From the NCBI GenBank assembly GCA_041242255.1, contig JBESAV010000001.1:352001-416000 (forward strand): a stretch of DNA of 64,000 nt. Direction: 5' to 3'. The notes below the pieces were generated by a model. That model made no database searches, had not been told where the DNA came from, and was given only the letters and a program-made list of their open reading frames with translations. Numbering within the stretch: position 1 is the stretch's first letter; the number at the start of each line of letters is the position of its first letter. The stretch is from Candidatus Altimarinota bacterium. Its GTDB lineage: Bacteria > Patescibacteriota > Gracilibacteria > UBA1369 > GCA-2718715. The translations under genes were made by a program, and so were the position numbers. Positions 1 to 10,025 of this stretch are shown piece after piece.

Positions 1-928
1 AACAACAGACCCAAGTTACGACGCTATTACAAGACTTCAAGAGTTAGGAATAGTTGAAGGAGTAACTCGAAATAACCAAGTTTTCTTCGAACCAGAAAGA
101 GAGATACTTCGTTCAGAATTCTCTAAAATCATCCTTGAGGCACTATGTCTAAGCCCATCTGCTCAGGCAAAACTATCACCTCAAGTATTCAGTGATATAC
201 CTTTCTCCCAAAATGATCCACTATGGTATTACGATTACACCAAAGAGACTCAGCTACTTGGACTATTCAATGGTTACTTAGCCGAGCAAGATCCTCAAAC
301 TGGTTTATATCCATTCAAGCCTGCTAATAGCATTACTCTAGCTGAAGCAACAAAAGTTATACTTGAGGCCCTTGAGTACAAATCCATCATCCAATTCGAT
401 CTCAACCCAAATCCAAACCAACCTTGGTACACTCAATACATTCAAATAGCCCAAGACTTATCTCCATACATCACAGACCAAGCTGCATCTACTAATCAAC
501 TCCAGAACAATCAGCTTCTTACAACTGCCGAAGCCTCAAATCCAAATCAGCTTATAACTCGTGAGGAATTTGCCATAATAGCTAGTCGAGTCTTGGATCT
601 ATACAATTGTTATGAACTCGAAGAGCAGTCTTCACAAGATCAAAGTTCTGAGGGCCAAAGCCCTGGAGATCAAGGCAATAACAACAATCAGTCTTCACAA
701 GACTCTGGTTCATCTCAAAATCAACAAAGCGAATCAATAGAGCTAATTTTCCCAAATCCTCAAAGACCAGGACTCTATATCGATCAAATCCCTTGTAATA
801 GCTGTCCTTGCGCATACACAATCAGCGATGAAAATGATATAATTAGAAGAGATATAATTTTCGCCATCCTCGAAGGACCAAATGGTGAAATTTATTCCCA
901 AAGTAATCTATTAACTATTACTCAGTGA
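1..928 (+). CDS. C-terminal part of an S-layer homology (SLH) domain surface protein (5' truncated by window)
   Basis: Frame 2 is open from base 2 to the TGA at 926-928, so the 593 start in the track is internal. SLH-like motifs: LQELGIVEG..LEPEREILRSEFSKII, FSDI..WYY..LGLFNGY..FKPANSITLAEATKVI, ITREEFAII. A Q/S/N linker follows, then a CNSCPC-containing tail. Confidence 0.8.
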   Translation, partial: TTDPSYDAITRLQELGIVEGVTRNNQVFFEPEREILRSEFSKIILEALCLSPSAQAKLSPQVFSDIPFSQNDPLWYYDYTKETQLLGLFNGYLAEQDPQTGLYPFKPANSITLAEATKVILEALEYKSIIQFDLNPNPNQPWYTQYIQIAQDLSPYITDQAASTNQLQNNQLLTTAEASNPNQLITREEFAIIASRVLDLYNCYELEEQSSQDQSSEGQSPGDQGNNNNQSSQDSGSSQNQQSESIELIFPNPQRPGLYIDQIPCNSCPCAYTISDENDIIRRDIIFAILEGPNGEIYSQSNLLTITQ

Positions 929-1482
929 TCAAAAAACACCTCCACAAATATAGTAGGGAAGTAAGTCTGGTGATTTTGACACTTTTCTTAAGTCTAACCA
1001 TCCTACCAAGACTAACACATTCCCAAGAGCAAGTATCCTGCCCTGACTTCACAGTGCAACAGATCAACCAAGCTAAGCAAACCTTTTACGACAACCTTCA
1101 AAATTTAGTTTCCGATTCTACCCCAGCTTCAACCAATTTAAATCTTATCTTTGAAGATTATCGTAATTTTCTTAGCCGTGCCTCGCTCTTTGTGCAGGAT
1201 AATTCTACAAATATAAATGATTCCGGAAACGTCCTTTCAGGCCCAGAAGCACAAAAGTGCAAGGAGATCCTTCAAGTTGAAAAGCAGACAGTCCAGACAA
1301 CTCTCAATAACACCCTCAAAGCCAGTATCTATGGAAAACAAAGTTTCAATCTATCTGAAAAATATTCTCAAATAAATCAACAATTCAATGACCTAAACAC
1401 AGAAACAAATCAAGTTACTCAAAAAGTAAAATCATTTAGCCAACAATTACCTTGTTATTCTCGCGCATGCGTACAAGACTAA
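925..1482 (+). CDS. Secreted hypothetical protein, helical, 4 Cys
   Basis: N-terminal signal peptide; GTGA overlap with upstream stop; ends LPCYSRACVQD. Confidence 0.75.
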   Translation: MIKKHLHKYSREVSLVILTLFLSLTILPRLTHSQEQVSCPDFTVQQINQAKQTFYDNLQNLVSDSTPASTNLNLIFEDYRNFLSRASLFVQDNSTNINDSGNVLSGPEAQKCKEILQVEKQTVQTTLNNTLKASIYGKQSFNLSEKYSQINQQFNDLNTETNQVTQKVKSFSQQLPCYSRACVQD

Positions 1483-2093
1483 AGCAAGCCATCGGATTTA
1501 TCATTTTTTCAATTGCACTTACCCTGCTAAGTCTCAACGTATACGCTCAAAGCCAAACTGACCCAGTAGTTAATGCTTTCGCCAATTTTCATTTTCAAAA
1601 CAACCAACTCCTCCAAAGCAAAACCCAACAACTCTTCGATTACTTCCAAGACTCAGAAGATACACTTCCTGAAGATTTCACCAATAAGTTCTCGCCACCT
1701 TTAGCTTTAGATTCCGAGTCATGTGCCGACAATCTATCTTCTAGTTGCCTAAACTACCTTTTTGAGGAAAACCTCAATCAACTCATACCACAGGTTCAAT
1801 CTTCACTAAACTTCGTTGAGGTGTCTAACCTTTCCAATATATCTGATTCCCAAGCCAGACAGTCCAGAGCTAGATTCCAGTTTATTCAAGATCAATTTGA
1901 TGCCTCACTAGATACAGTTGAGTCTTCTCTAAATTTTTATCAACAGCTTCTTCAAGCCTACCCAATGCATTTATCTTATGAATCAACAAAAGACGAACTA
2001 GATATTCTTATTTCAAATCTACAAGAACTTGAATCTTACGTAGATCAATATCCATCTAAATACAACAATGTTACAACACCTTACTGTCAGTAA
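1452..2093 (+). CDS. Secreted hypothetical protein, helical, 3 Cys (start may be ATG 1467)
   Basis: Signal peptide ending VYA|Q; overlaps neighbours; ends TTPYCQ. Confidence 0.75.
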   Translation: MLFSRMRTRLKQAIGFIIFSIALTLLSLNVYAQSQTDPVVNAFANFHFQNNQLLQSKTQQLFDYFQDSEDTLPEDFTNKFSPPLALDSESCADNLSSSCLNYLFEENLNQLIPQVQSSLNFVEVSNLSNISDSQARQSRARFQFIQDQFDASLDTVESSLNFYQQLLQAYPMHLSYESTKDELDILISNLQELESYVDQYPSKYNNVTTPYCQ

Positions 2094-3759
2094 GTTTATG
2101 ATATTTCTATCATTATTATTTTTTTTCCAGCAGTCACCACTGCCAGATTTTTTGTTGCAACAAACCAAAGCTCAGTTTCAGTCCTCTTACCAAGAAAGTT
2201 TAGATGAAGCCATTCACAATCTCCTTCAGGAGCAGGATCAACCATCACATAAAAGCCAGTTCTTATCTAATCTAGACATCTCATCTCCAGAGAAATTACC
2301 TACCCAAAACCTATACTTAAGAATCCTTAACAGCTTTACCAAAGAGCTAAAGCCATCCATCTACGAGGGTGTAAGTATAGTATCTAATCTAACTCCAGCT
2401 GAAGTTGAATCGATCCTTGAGTACAACAACCTAGCTCCAATTCAAAATCAATCAAATCTCTCACAGGTCCAAGATACCTTCAATAATATCCAAGAATTGT
2501 ACCTTCAAGAAAAAGATTTCTTTACTCAGTTAGCTAAGGTAAGACAGCAAGCAGTAATATATGAAATATTCTCAGACAACAATTCCCAAAACTCAGGGTT
2601 TGATTTAATGACTGACTTGAGCCAAATCGAGCAAAAACTTTTCTCTCAATCTTCAAACTCATCCATAAACTACCAAACTCCAGGAAGGTCAAACTTTTGG
2701 AGTAATTTTAACTCTCAACCATACATCTCCAACTTTTCTCCAGTTAACCTAACTACCTTTTCAAACTTTTCTTCCAATCAGAACAACAGCACGCCAACAA
2801 CCAATTCTCCAACCCCAACCTCAAACCAACCTAGTAGCCCAGGAAATCCGACCCAAGTTACTTTAGAACCAATCCCTGAATATCAATTTCCAACCATTCA
2901 GTACGGGGCAGTCTGTCAGTTTGATTCAAACCTTCAACAAGAGTTAGAAATTTACCAAACCAATAACTCAACTGAAGCATTAGAACAAGACAGCATTAAT
3001 TCACAAACCCCAACCTCAAACTTCTCAATCAACTCTGAAACAGATAGTCAAAGCTCAAATCAAACTCCATCTCAACAAATAGCAAATTACCAATCATCAG
3101 ATTTCAGCCTACCCTTCACTGGAATAAGCCAGTCTTGTCCCCCAGATCAAATATTCTGTTTCACCAGAGAGCTCAGATACAATCAGGTCGACCTTAAATA
3201 TCCAGCTCAGGAAGATTGTGTTTCTTGTCTCATAAACAGGCTAAATCAAGATCTACAAAATCTACTAGATAATGGTGTCCTACCTCAGAAAATCACTGGT
3301 AACTTCGGAGAACCAGCTCTTTGTAAAAAAGCCTCAGTTGGTAAAATAGGGTTAAATCTAAACATATTCAGCAAACCAATCTTACCTGAAGTTCCAACTC
3401 CAGATTACATAACTGACCTGGATCCTTATCAAACCCAAGATAATTCAATCAACCAAAACTCTGTATCAAATAGTGGTTTCTCCATCAAAAACGATACACA
3501 AACCAACAGAGACCTAAATCTTCTAGCTCAATCAAATGCACAACAATTCATTGATCAATTTGATCAAAACCTAAACAGATCCTACTCATCTAACAGCCAG
3601 GTAAATCAATCTATTCAAAACCAAGAAATTCATTTCCAAGAGCTAACTAGTCAAATGAACACCCTAAACCTTTACTTAGAATCATTCAACACCTCTTTAG
3701 ACCAACTAGATCAAAACTTTACTGAACTCATTAACCTACCAGAATGCTCAGAACTATAA
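2068..3759 (+). CDS. Secreted hypothetical protein with S/T/N/P linkers and Cys-rich domain (start may be 2098)
   Basis: Hydrophobic N-terminus; CPPDQIFC and CVSC motifs; heptad-like C-terminus ending LPECSEL. Confidence 0.75.
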   Translation: MLQHLTVSKFMIFLSLLFFFQQSPLPDFLLQQTKAQFQSSYQESLDEAIHNLLQEQDQPSHKSQFLSNLDISSPEKLPTQNLYLRILNSFTKELKPSIYEGVSIVSNLTPAEVESILEYNNLAPIQNQSNLSQVQDTFNNIQELYLQEKDFFTQLAKVRQQAVIYEIFSDNNSQNSGFDLMTDLSQIEQKLFSQSSNSSINYQTPGRSNFWSNFNSQPYISNFSPVNLTTFSNFSSNQNNSTPTTNSPTPTSNQPSSPGNPTQVTLEPIPEYQFPTIQYGAVCQFDSNLQQELEIYQTNNSTEALEQDSINSQTPTSNFSINSETDSQSSNQTPSQQIANYQSSDFSLPFTGISQSCPPDQIFCFTRELRYNQVDLKYPAQEDCVSCLINRLNQDLQNLLDNGVLPQKITGNFGEPALCKKASVGKIGLNLNIFSKPILPEVPTPDYITDLDPYQTQDNSINQNSVSNSGFSIKNDTQTNRDLNLLAQSNAQQFIDQFDQNLNRSYSSNSQVNQSIQNQEIHFQELTSQMNTLNLYLESFNTSLDQLDQNFTELINLPECSEL

Positions 3760-4898
3760 AAAACACATTCATCATCAGCCTTTTGGTATTCCTATCTGTT
3801 TCTCCAGTTACCAATGCTCAGTCAACCAGCTTTGAAGACAAAGCCACAAACTTAGGACAGTATTTATTACTTCAATTTGACGCAACAGATATTCTGGAAG
3901 ATTTCAAAACTGACCTTCTCCTTAATGAAAATTCATGTAAGCAAATTGATAAATTCCAAGTCCTTTCAGCCCAAAGTGATTTAGCTGATAGACTCCTGCT
4001 TGATTTTGAAACATTAAACGAGCAAGAAAGGCAGAGTATTATCAATAACTATCAAACCCTAGAGATTGAATACCAATTCCTCAACAACATAAGTAGCCTA
4101 ATCCAAAATGGATTCCAAGACGGCCAACCTCAGCATATCCGTCAGATTAAACAAGATTTACCACAAGACCTAAGACCTCAAGTAGACTCAATTTACAACT
4201 CCTTAGCTGTTAAGTATGAACCTCGCATTCAAAAACCAGATCCAGATAATCCTGATGAATTTATAGAAGGTGATTATCTCAACTGTCCAACTAGTTGGTC
4301 TTCACTTAAAGAAAGAGCTCAAAACCTCCAACTAGAGGTTCAACAAATCTCCGAAGAATGGGAGTCACTCAAACAAGCATTCCAAAATCTTAAAAAGTCA
4401 TCAGCCGATGCTGTAAGCCCGGCTAATTTAAAAAGCATATTTGTAGACAAACCAATCAACTCCATCTCAAACAGTGTCCAAGCAACAATTCAAAACCTAA
4501 AATCAGAAATCCAAAGAAATCAAAAAGAGTTTAACTCCATAAGCACCAATCCAATTCAAACTTATCAAAAAGTACTCCAAGAAAACGAAACCCTGCTCAC
4601 CAATAGAGCAGATATTGCGGGCTTACTACTAGGTAATTCAGACATAACTCAAGTAACCCAGGAGTTAAGTGAAAAGTCTCAGCTTCGTCAGTTATTTCAA
4701 TCAAAAATCGAACAACATGCTATCAACCAAATCACCGCCCAACATTTCGACTTAGGTATCCAAAACACACTCAACATAGCTTATCAAACTCCTCTCTTGG
4801 TTTCATACAACAAAGAAGTTTTCACTGAAACCAATCAAGAAGGTCTTCTTAATCTCTCAAAGCAGGTCTACGACCGTCAGTGTGTGGTCAATCCTTAA
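3744..4898 (+). CDS. Secreted coiled-coil hypothetical protein, 3 Cys
   Basis: Signal peptide ending TNA|Q; ends DRQCVVNP. Confidence 0.75.
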   Translation: MLRTIKNTFIISLLVFLSVSPVTNAQSTSFEDKATNLGQYLLLQFDATDILEDFKTDLLLNENSCKQIDKFQVLSAQSDLADRLLLDFETLNEQERQSIINNYQTLEIEYQFLNNISSLIQNGFQDGQPQHIRQIKQDLPQDLRPQVDSIYNSLAVKYEPRIQKPDPDNPDEFIEGDYLNCPTSWSSLKERAQNLQLEVQQISEEWESLKQAFQNLKKSSADAVSPANLKSIFVDKPINSISNSVQATIQNLKSEIQRNQKEFNSISTNPIQTYQKVLQENETLLTNRADIAGLLLGNSDITQVTQELSEKSQLRQLFQSKIEQHAINQITAQHFDLGIQNTLNIAYQTPLLVSYNKEVFTETNQEGLLNLSKQVYDRQCVVNP

Positions 4899-5613
4899 AG
4901 TAGTTCCCAATCAAGTCAGCCATCAATACAACAATCTCAGCCACCACACTGCTCAAAGGTAAAAGAGCTAAGTAAGCAAACCTCCAGATATCAGATCCTC
5001 CCTGGTACAAATTAAAGCTAAATAAAAGCCAAAATATAGAACCAACAAATACCCCAAGTAAAGTCGCTTGAAGCCTGTTTGCATGTTCAGCCTCCCGAAT
5101 ACTCGAAGCAATCAATCCAGAAAAAAGCACGAATATAGAAGAGCTCCAAAACAAATATTCTCCTCCCAAAGATAATGAATAAATCATAGCTGGTAGAAAC
5201 AAAGCTAGCATCAAGATCTGCCAAACAAAGTTTTTTACAGTTTTACCCAGTACAAATTTATAAGATTCTTTCTCGATAATTTTCACAAAATAATTCTGAA
5301 TGCTTTGCCCTATAAATAAACTCAAGCCACACAATAAAGTAAACACAGTCACAGTAGTAACCTCAAGATCACTAAATGCACTACCTCCAAACAAAGCTTC
5401 AACTCCAAACCAACTCGCCAGAACAAGCCCTATGGTTATCAATGAGCTCAAAAGGGAAGTTATAAACCTATTTAGGTAAACAAAGTAAACACTTGAATCA
5501 TCTTCATCTTTTTCAACTACTTTCTCTTCAGTAACAGCTTTTTCAGTAATCGTATTGGTAGTTTCTTCATTTGACTCATTCTGCGTTTCAGTTTTTTGAA
5601 CTTCTTCATTCAT
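4888..5613 (-). CDS. Multi-pass membrane hypothetical protein with acidic N-terminus
   Basis: About 6 hydrophobic segments; starts 3 nt downstream of lspA. Confidence 0.7.
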   Translation of the reverse strand: MNEEVQKTETQNESNEETTNTITEKAVTEEKVVEKDEDDSSVYFVYLNRFITSLLSSLITIGLVLASWFGVEALFGGSAFSDLEVTTVTVFTLLCGLSLFIGQSIQNYFVKIIEKESYKFVLGKTVKNFVWQILMLALFLPAMIYSLSLGGEYLFWSSSIFVLFSGLIASSIREAEHANRLQATLLGVFVGSIFWLLFSFNLYQGGSDIWRFAYLALLPLSSVVAEIVVLMADLIGNYFKD

Positions 5614-5616
5614 GGT

Positions 5617-6021
5617 TTAGTGTTTAGTTTTATTAGGTAATTTTAAGAAAATGTATATAAAGTATATCGCTATGCTAGTAAGATATACATCTGCAAAGTT
5701 GAAAACTGGCCAAGAACCTACATGTATAAAATCAACCACTTCTCCAAATGCCAATCTATCAATAAGGTTACCAAGTATTCCGGCTGCAAACACCGCTAAA
5801 GTCCAGTCTGGCTTGATATTACCAGCCTTTCTCTCATAAAAAATATAAAAAAGACATACAAAAGATATAATAATCGGAAGCAGTAAAGGTAAGTCTATAC
5901 TAAATGCAACACCGTCATTATAGACCACATACTCTGGCCAAAAATATTTGAAAGCAAACTTAGAAATTTGGTCAATAATAGTTAATCCTATCATTAGACC
6001 AATCCACAAATTTTTCTTCAT
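5617..6021 (-). CDS. lspA: Lipoprotein signal peptidase II
   Basis: DQISK, NDGVAFS, GNLIDR, VVDFI and FNFAD motifs. Confidence 0.92.
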   Translation of the reverse strand: MKKNLWIGLMIGLTIIDQISKFAFKYFWPEYVVYNDGVAFSIDLPLLLPIIISFVCLFYIFYERKAGNIKPDWTLAVFAAGILGNLIDRLAFGEVVDFIHVGSWPVFNFADVYLTSIAIYFIYIFLKLPNKTKH

Positions 6022-6097
6022 TAAGTCTTTATTATTCTGCTAACCCAACTATACTAGAAAAGTCAGAAAAGAACACTAAAATATTTAATAAGTCCAA

Positions 6098-7321
6098 TTG
6101 CCCAGTAAAACTAAATTTGACTACACATTAGCCTTAACTTTCCTAGGACTTGTCCTTTTTGGGCTTATCATGATGGCTAGTATTGGGGTACCCAAATCAA
6201 TTGACTTAACCAAACCAGCCGAAGTCCTATACCCAATCTGCGGTGCAAGTGGAGTAGATTGTTATTATCTTCTTAAGAAACATTTAGGAAGAATAGTATT
6301 TGCAGCAATTCCAGCTTTCATTTTTGGTTTTTATTTCCCGTTTAAGTACTGGAGAAGAATTGGAATCCCATTTTTCTTTGCCAGTTTAGTGGCACTTTGT
6401 TTGGTTCTTATCATAGGGAAATCATTCACAACATTCGCCACTTCCTGGCTCACTATCTTCAACACGTCCATTCAACCAACCGAAATAGCTAAGTTAGCCC
6501 TCATATTTTATTTAGCCCTTTGGATGGAGCGGAAAGGAAGAGATATTGAGGATTTTCATAAAGGCTTTATATCCTTTTGTATCTTAAGTGGTGTCATCAT
6601 TCTACCAATTATCCTACAGCCAGATCTTGGTTCAACTATGATCTTCACTCTGATTTCAGTATCTATGTATTATCTAGCCGGAGCGCGTGTTAAGCATCTA
6701 GCTACTGGTTTAGTTGCAGCCTTAGTCGCACTAGCGATCATCGTACCTTTCAATGACTATCTTAAGTATAGAGTCAAAGCTTATGTCAGCCCAACAGAGG
6801 ATAATTGTGAAGTTACCTCAGAGTCAGGAGCTGCTCGAGATTACTGTTGGCAAACCGAGCAAGCCAATATAGCTATTGCGACAGGTGGGTTTATGGGGAA
6901 AGGCCTCACTCAAGGTGTCCAGAAGTCTTACTGGCTTCCTCAAGCTTCAGATGATTTTATATTCGCAGCTAGTGCAGAAGAGTTAGGTTTCGTACGTACT
7001 TCTATAATCGTAATAGCCTTCTTTATTATTGCCTACAGAGGAACCTTAATAGCCAAAAACGCCAAAGATAGGTTTAGCATGTTTACCGCTCAAGGTATTA
7101 CTATTTGGCTTTCCGGACAAGCCTTCATCAATATCGGAGTAAATACCGGACTATTACCAGTGACAGGTGTAACTCTACCCTTCATATCCTACGGTGGTTC
7201 CTCCATGGTAGCTACAGCTTTAGCAGCAGGGATCCTTCTAAATATTTCAGCAAATCATACTAATAATTATGAAAAAAATTCTCCTAACAGGAGGGGGCAG
7301 CGCAGGTCACGTTACGCCTAA
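6098..7321 (+). CDS. ftsW: SEDS peptidoglycan glycosyltransferase FtsW
   Basis: IQPTEIAK, QPDLGS, DFIFA..EELGF, GVTLPFISYGGSS; adjacent to murG. Confidence 0.88.
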   Translation: MPSKTKFDYTLALTFLGLVLFGLIMMASIGVPKSIDLTKPAEVLYPICGASGVDCYYLLKKHLGRIVFAAIPAFIFGFYFPFKYWRRIGIPFFFASLVALCLVLIIGKSFTTFATSWLTIFNTSIQPTEIAKLALIFYLALWMERKGRDIEDFHKGFISFCILSGVIILPIILQPDLGSTMIFTLISVSMYYLAGARVKHLATGLVAALVALAIIVPFNDYLKYRVKAYVSPTEDNCEVTSESGAARDYCWQTEQANIAIATGGFMGKGLTQGVQKSYWLPQASDDFIFAASAEELGFVRTSIIVIAFFIIAYRGTLIAKNAKDRFSMFTAQGITIWLSGQAFINIGVNTGLLPVTGVTLPFISYGGSSMVATALAAGILLNISANHTNNYEKNSPNRRGQRRSRYA

Positions 7322-8285
7322 CCTAAGCTTGATAAGCCACTTCAACGACAAAGGGTACAGTTGTGTCTATATTGGCAGTTATTCCGGAATTGAGAGACAA
7401 ATGACCAAAGGTAAGGTTAAATACCACCCAATTTTCAGCGGAAAATGGCGTCGTTACTTTTCTTTAAAAAACCTTATAGATCCCTTTTTTATAGTTTTAG
7501 GTTTTTTCCAATCACTCCTAATTATCCTTAAAGAAAAACCAAATATAGTGTTTTCCAAAGGTGGATTCATCGCACCTCCTGTCGTTATCGCAGCTTGGGT
7601 GTTAAGAAAAGAAATTTTCATACACGAATCGGATTCTTCCCCAGGTCTAGCAACCAAGATAACTGCTCCCTTTGCCAAAATAATTTTTGTTTCAGACAAC
7701 CTTGCTCAAAAAAATCTACAACAAAAGTACAACAATGTTGAGCTAGTAGATCTACCTATAAGTCAAGATTTACTTAACGGTGATAAAAAAAATATAAAAT
7801 TCAAAAATACCAAAAAGCCAACTTTACTAATAATGGGAGGAAGCCTAGGTGCCTCAAGTCTAAACGCATTCCTAAAGGAAAATTTCACAACCCTTAAAAA
7901 ACAATGGAACATTATTCATCTGACTGGTCAAAAAGAATATCCAGATATGCCTGATAAATCACCTTCCTACATCAAGCATTCTTTTGTCCAAAAAGAACTA
8001 CCTGATATTTATGCAAAAGCAGATCTTATTTTAGCACGAGCTGGAGCAACCTCACTCAAAGAGTTCAAGGCCCTCAAAAAGAAATGTATTTTAGTTCCTC
8101 TTCCTCAATCCCAAAGTAGGGGAGAGCAGCTTCAAAATGCTCAAGATATGTCTGAGAAATACCCAGCTGAAGTTATTCTAGATGAAAATCTCAACTTGGA
8201 ATCTTTCAACAAAGCTGCTCAAAACTTAAAATCTAAAAGCTTTCCAAAAGTTAAAAAAACTCAATCAATTCTCGATTTCATCTAA
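7269..8285 (+). CDS. murG: Lipid I N-acetylglucosaminyltransferase MurG
   Basis: TGGGSAGH, KGGF, HESD, GGSLGA, RAGAT and EQLQNA motifs. Confidence 0.93.
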   Translation: MKKILLTGGGSAGHVTPNLSLISHFNDKGYSCVYIGSYSGIERQMTKGKVKYHPIFSGKWRRYFSLKNLIDPFFIVLGFFQSLLIILKEKPNIVFSKGGFIAPPVVIAAWVLRKEIFIHESDSSPGLATKITAPFAKIIFVSDNLAQKNLQQKYNNVELVDLPISQDLLNGDKKNIKFKNTKKPTLLIMGGSLGASSLNAFLKENFTTLKKQWNIIHLTGQKEYPDMPDKSPSYIKHSFVQKELPDIYAKADLILARAGATSLKEFKALKKKCILVPLPQSQSRGEQLQNAQDMSEKYPAEVILDENLNLESFNKAAQNLKSKSFPKVKKTQSILDFI

Positions 8286-9515
8286 TTGAGTACTCAAAAG
8301 GAATATCAGTCCATACACAAAAGCACTTGCTTCAAAAGTATGAAGTAAGTTTAAAGGAACCAGCAAAGCAGTCATTAATAAAAATCCTAATAAGCTCTTA
8401 TTTTCATATAGTTTTTTCATAACCAACCCATACCACCCCACGAAAAGTCCCAAGCCAATTAGACCAAACTGAGCTCCTACCTGTAAAAACCAATTTTCAG
8501 TAATTAGCTCTCTTCCTTCCAAAAATCTACTACTAGGTCCAGCTGTTCCGGCTCCATTACCAAATATAAAGTTCTCTTTCCATAAGTTCCACCCATTACT
8601 CAAAAACTCTAGTCTTTGAGAGTTAGACTCAGGTCTATTTAAAAACTCATAAATATTGTCCCCAATCATCAACAAACTCAATAAAGCACCTACAATCCCT
8701 GCACCTAGAAATTTTAGTTTATTCTTTAGTATAAAGTCTCGGTTTTCCCATCCAATGTACCCAATTAAAACAATAATTCCAGCTATCATCGAGCTTCTTG
8801 AGAAAGTAAGGTACAACAAAGCCAAGCAAACTATAGAAAGCAAAGCTTTCAACTTCCATTTTTTTAAAAAATCCAATCCAACTACCATCATCAAAACAAG
8901 ATAAACACCTAGTTGATTAGGTCCAGACATGAAGCCTTGAAATCTACATACATCTGAGTTCTCAATTTTTTGGCAGTAAGCCAAGGCTTCTCCAGCATAA
9001 AAAGTGCTCCAATCAGGTCTATATCCAAACATAGTCAGTCCTTCCCCTCCATACAACCAAAAGACTAGTAGTCCCATAAGCAAAGCTACAAAACCACTTC
9101 CTAAAAAAAGACTAGTAAGCTTCCTACGGTCATCTTTATCCACAAGCTTTATGATATAAGTCATAACTAACAGGCCAATCACAGGCAGCAACTCAAGCCT
9201 TATAATTCGTAAAAAGTTCAAATCAACCCCAAGCCTCAAAGCATTTATAAAAACTAAAGCTGCATAAGCTAAGCTTATCCAGAATAAACCCTTTCTTGGA
9301 GCTTTCTTCCATTTGCCGCTCACTCCCATAAGGATAATCAAAATCACAAAAATAATTTCTTTCCAGAACTTTAAAAGACCTATTCCTAGTTTTTCACTAA
9401 AAAAGGTGTTTATAAGTGCGTTAAAAGGTAGTAAAATAAGAAGAAGACCTAAAAAAAACACAATCATGCTTGAAATATTGATCTTGCTAGCCACTGCCTT
9501 GTGTTTATCTTTCAT
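8265..9515 (-). CDS. O-antigen ligase/polymerase (Wzy_C)-family membrane protein (start may be ATG 9467)
   Basis: Polytopic; RFQGFMSGPNQLG, TFSRSS, SNSQR, FGNGAG and ENWFLQ..GLIG motifs. Confidence 0.75.
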   Translation of the reverse strand: MKDKHKAVASKINISSMIVFFLGLLLILLPFNALINTFFSEKLGIGLLKFWKEIIFVILIILMGVSGKWKKAPRKGLFWISLAYAALVFINALRLGVDLNFLRIIRLELLPVIGLLVMTYIIKLVDKDDRRKLTSLFLGSGFVALLMGLLVFWLYGGEGLTMFGYRPDWSTFYAGEALAYCQKIENSDVCRFQGFMSGPNQLGVYLVLMMVVGLDFLKKWKLKALLSIVCLALLYLTFSRSSMIAGIIVLIGYIGWENRDFILKNKLKFLGAGIVGALLSLLMIGDNIYEFLNRPESNSQRLEFLSNGWNLWKENFIFGNGAGTAGPSSRFLEGRELITENWFLQVGAQFGLIGLGLFVGWYGLVMKKLYENKSLLGFLLMTALLVPLNLLHTFEASAFVYGLIFLLSTQLDEIEN

Positions 9516-9897
9516 TTACTTAATTTACATCTCAACTCAGGTATACCAAGTTAAAACAAATATACACACACACGCAAAAACTCTCCAGCTAGACTTGCGT
9601 CACTTGGTAGATTTACTTTTTTATTCCGAAGAAGCCAATCTAGCTACCAGAAAAGAATTCATATCTTCTAAGAAAATTCAATCCAGATACAATATATTCA
9701 AAAAACTTCACCCGGCCATAAAGCAAACAAACCATTCAACCTATCCACATCTATACCTTGAAAGCCTGACCACCATCCATAATTACAACAACAATCTATT
9801 TTTCCTAAAGAAGAAAAATAAATCCCTTATCTATAGAATCACCACAAGAATATTGTTCAAGGATTACTTTAGATTAAGCCCTATATCAGTCTCTTGA
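9466..9897 (+). CDS. Membrane-anchored hypothetical protein, weakly LemA-like
   Basis: ATG 9466 is followed by one TM helix; the C-terminal YN..N..I..F pattern recalls LemA; the longer 9313 start is antisense to the neighbour. Confidence 0.5.
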   Translation: MLEILILLATALCLSFIYLIYISTQVYQVKTNIHTHAKTLQLDLRHLVDLLFYSEEANLATRKEFISSKKIQSRYNIFKKLHPAIKQTNHSTYPHLYLESLTTIHNYNNNLFFLKKKNKSLIYRITTRILFKDYFRLSPISVS

Positions 9898-9907
9898 CTA
9901 ATAAGAG

Positions 9908-9935
9908 TTGATTTTTAAATAAATCCAGTTACAAT
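9908..9935 (+). promoter_or_regulatory. Putative sigma70 promoter for the M23-yidD-uppP unit
   Basis: TTGATT-16 nt-TACAAT in the intergenic gap. Confidence 0.4.
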
Positions 9936-10025
9936 TTCATATATATTAGGTGCTGTCTGCCACGTTACATCTTAAGTCAATAAGCTAAAGACACTAACGT
10001 TAATCAGAACTAAGGAGCAAAACTT

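Noticed and set aside
593-928. Stand-alone 111-aa protein in the ORF track
   Set aside because: It is the tail of a longer SLH protein whose frame is open from the window start.
2760-3090. S/T/N/P low-complexity tracts as a tandem repeat array
   Set aside because: No fixed nucleotide period; they read as in-frame linkers amplified by strand bias.
9313-9465. N-terminal extension of the + ORF 9313..9897
   Set aside because: It lies fully antisense to the ligase-like gene; the TM-bearing start at 9466 is more plausible.
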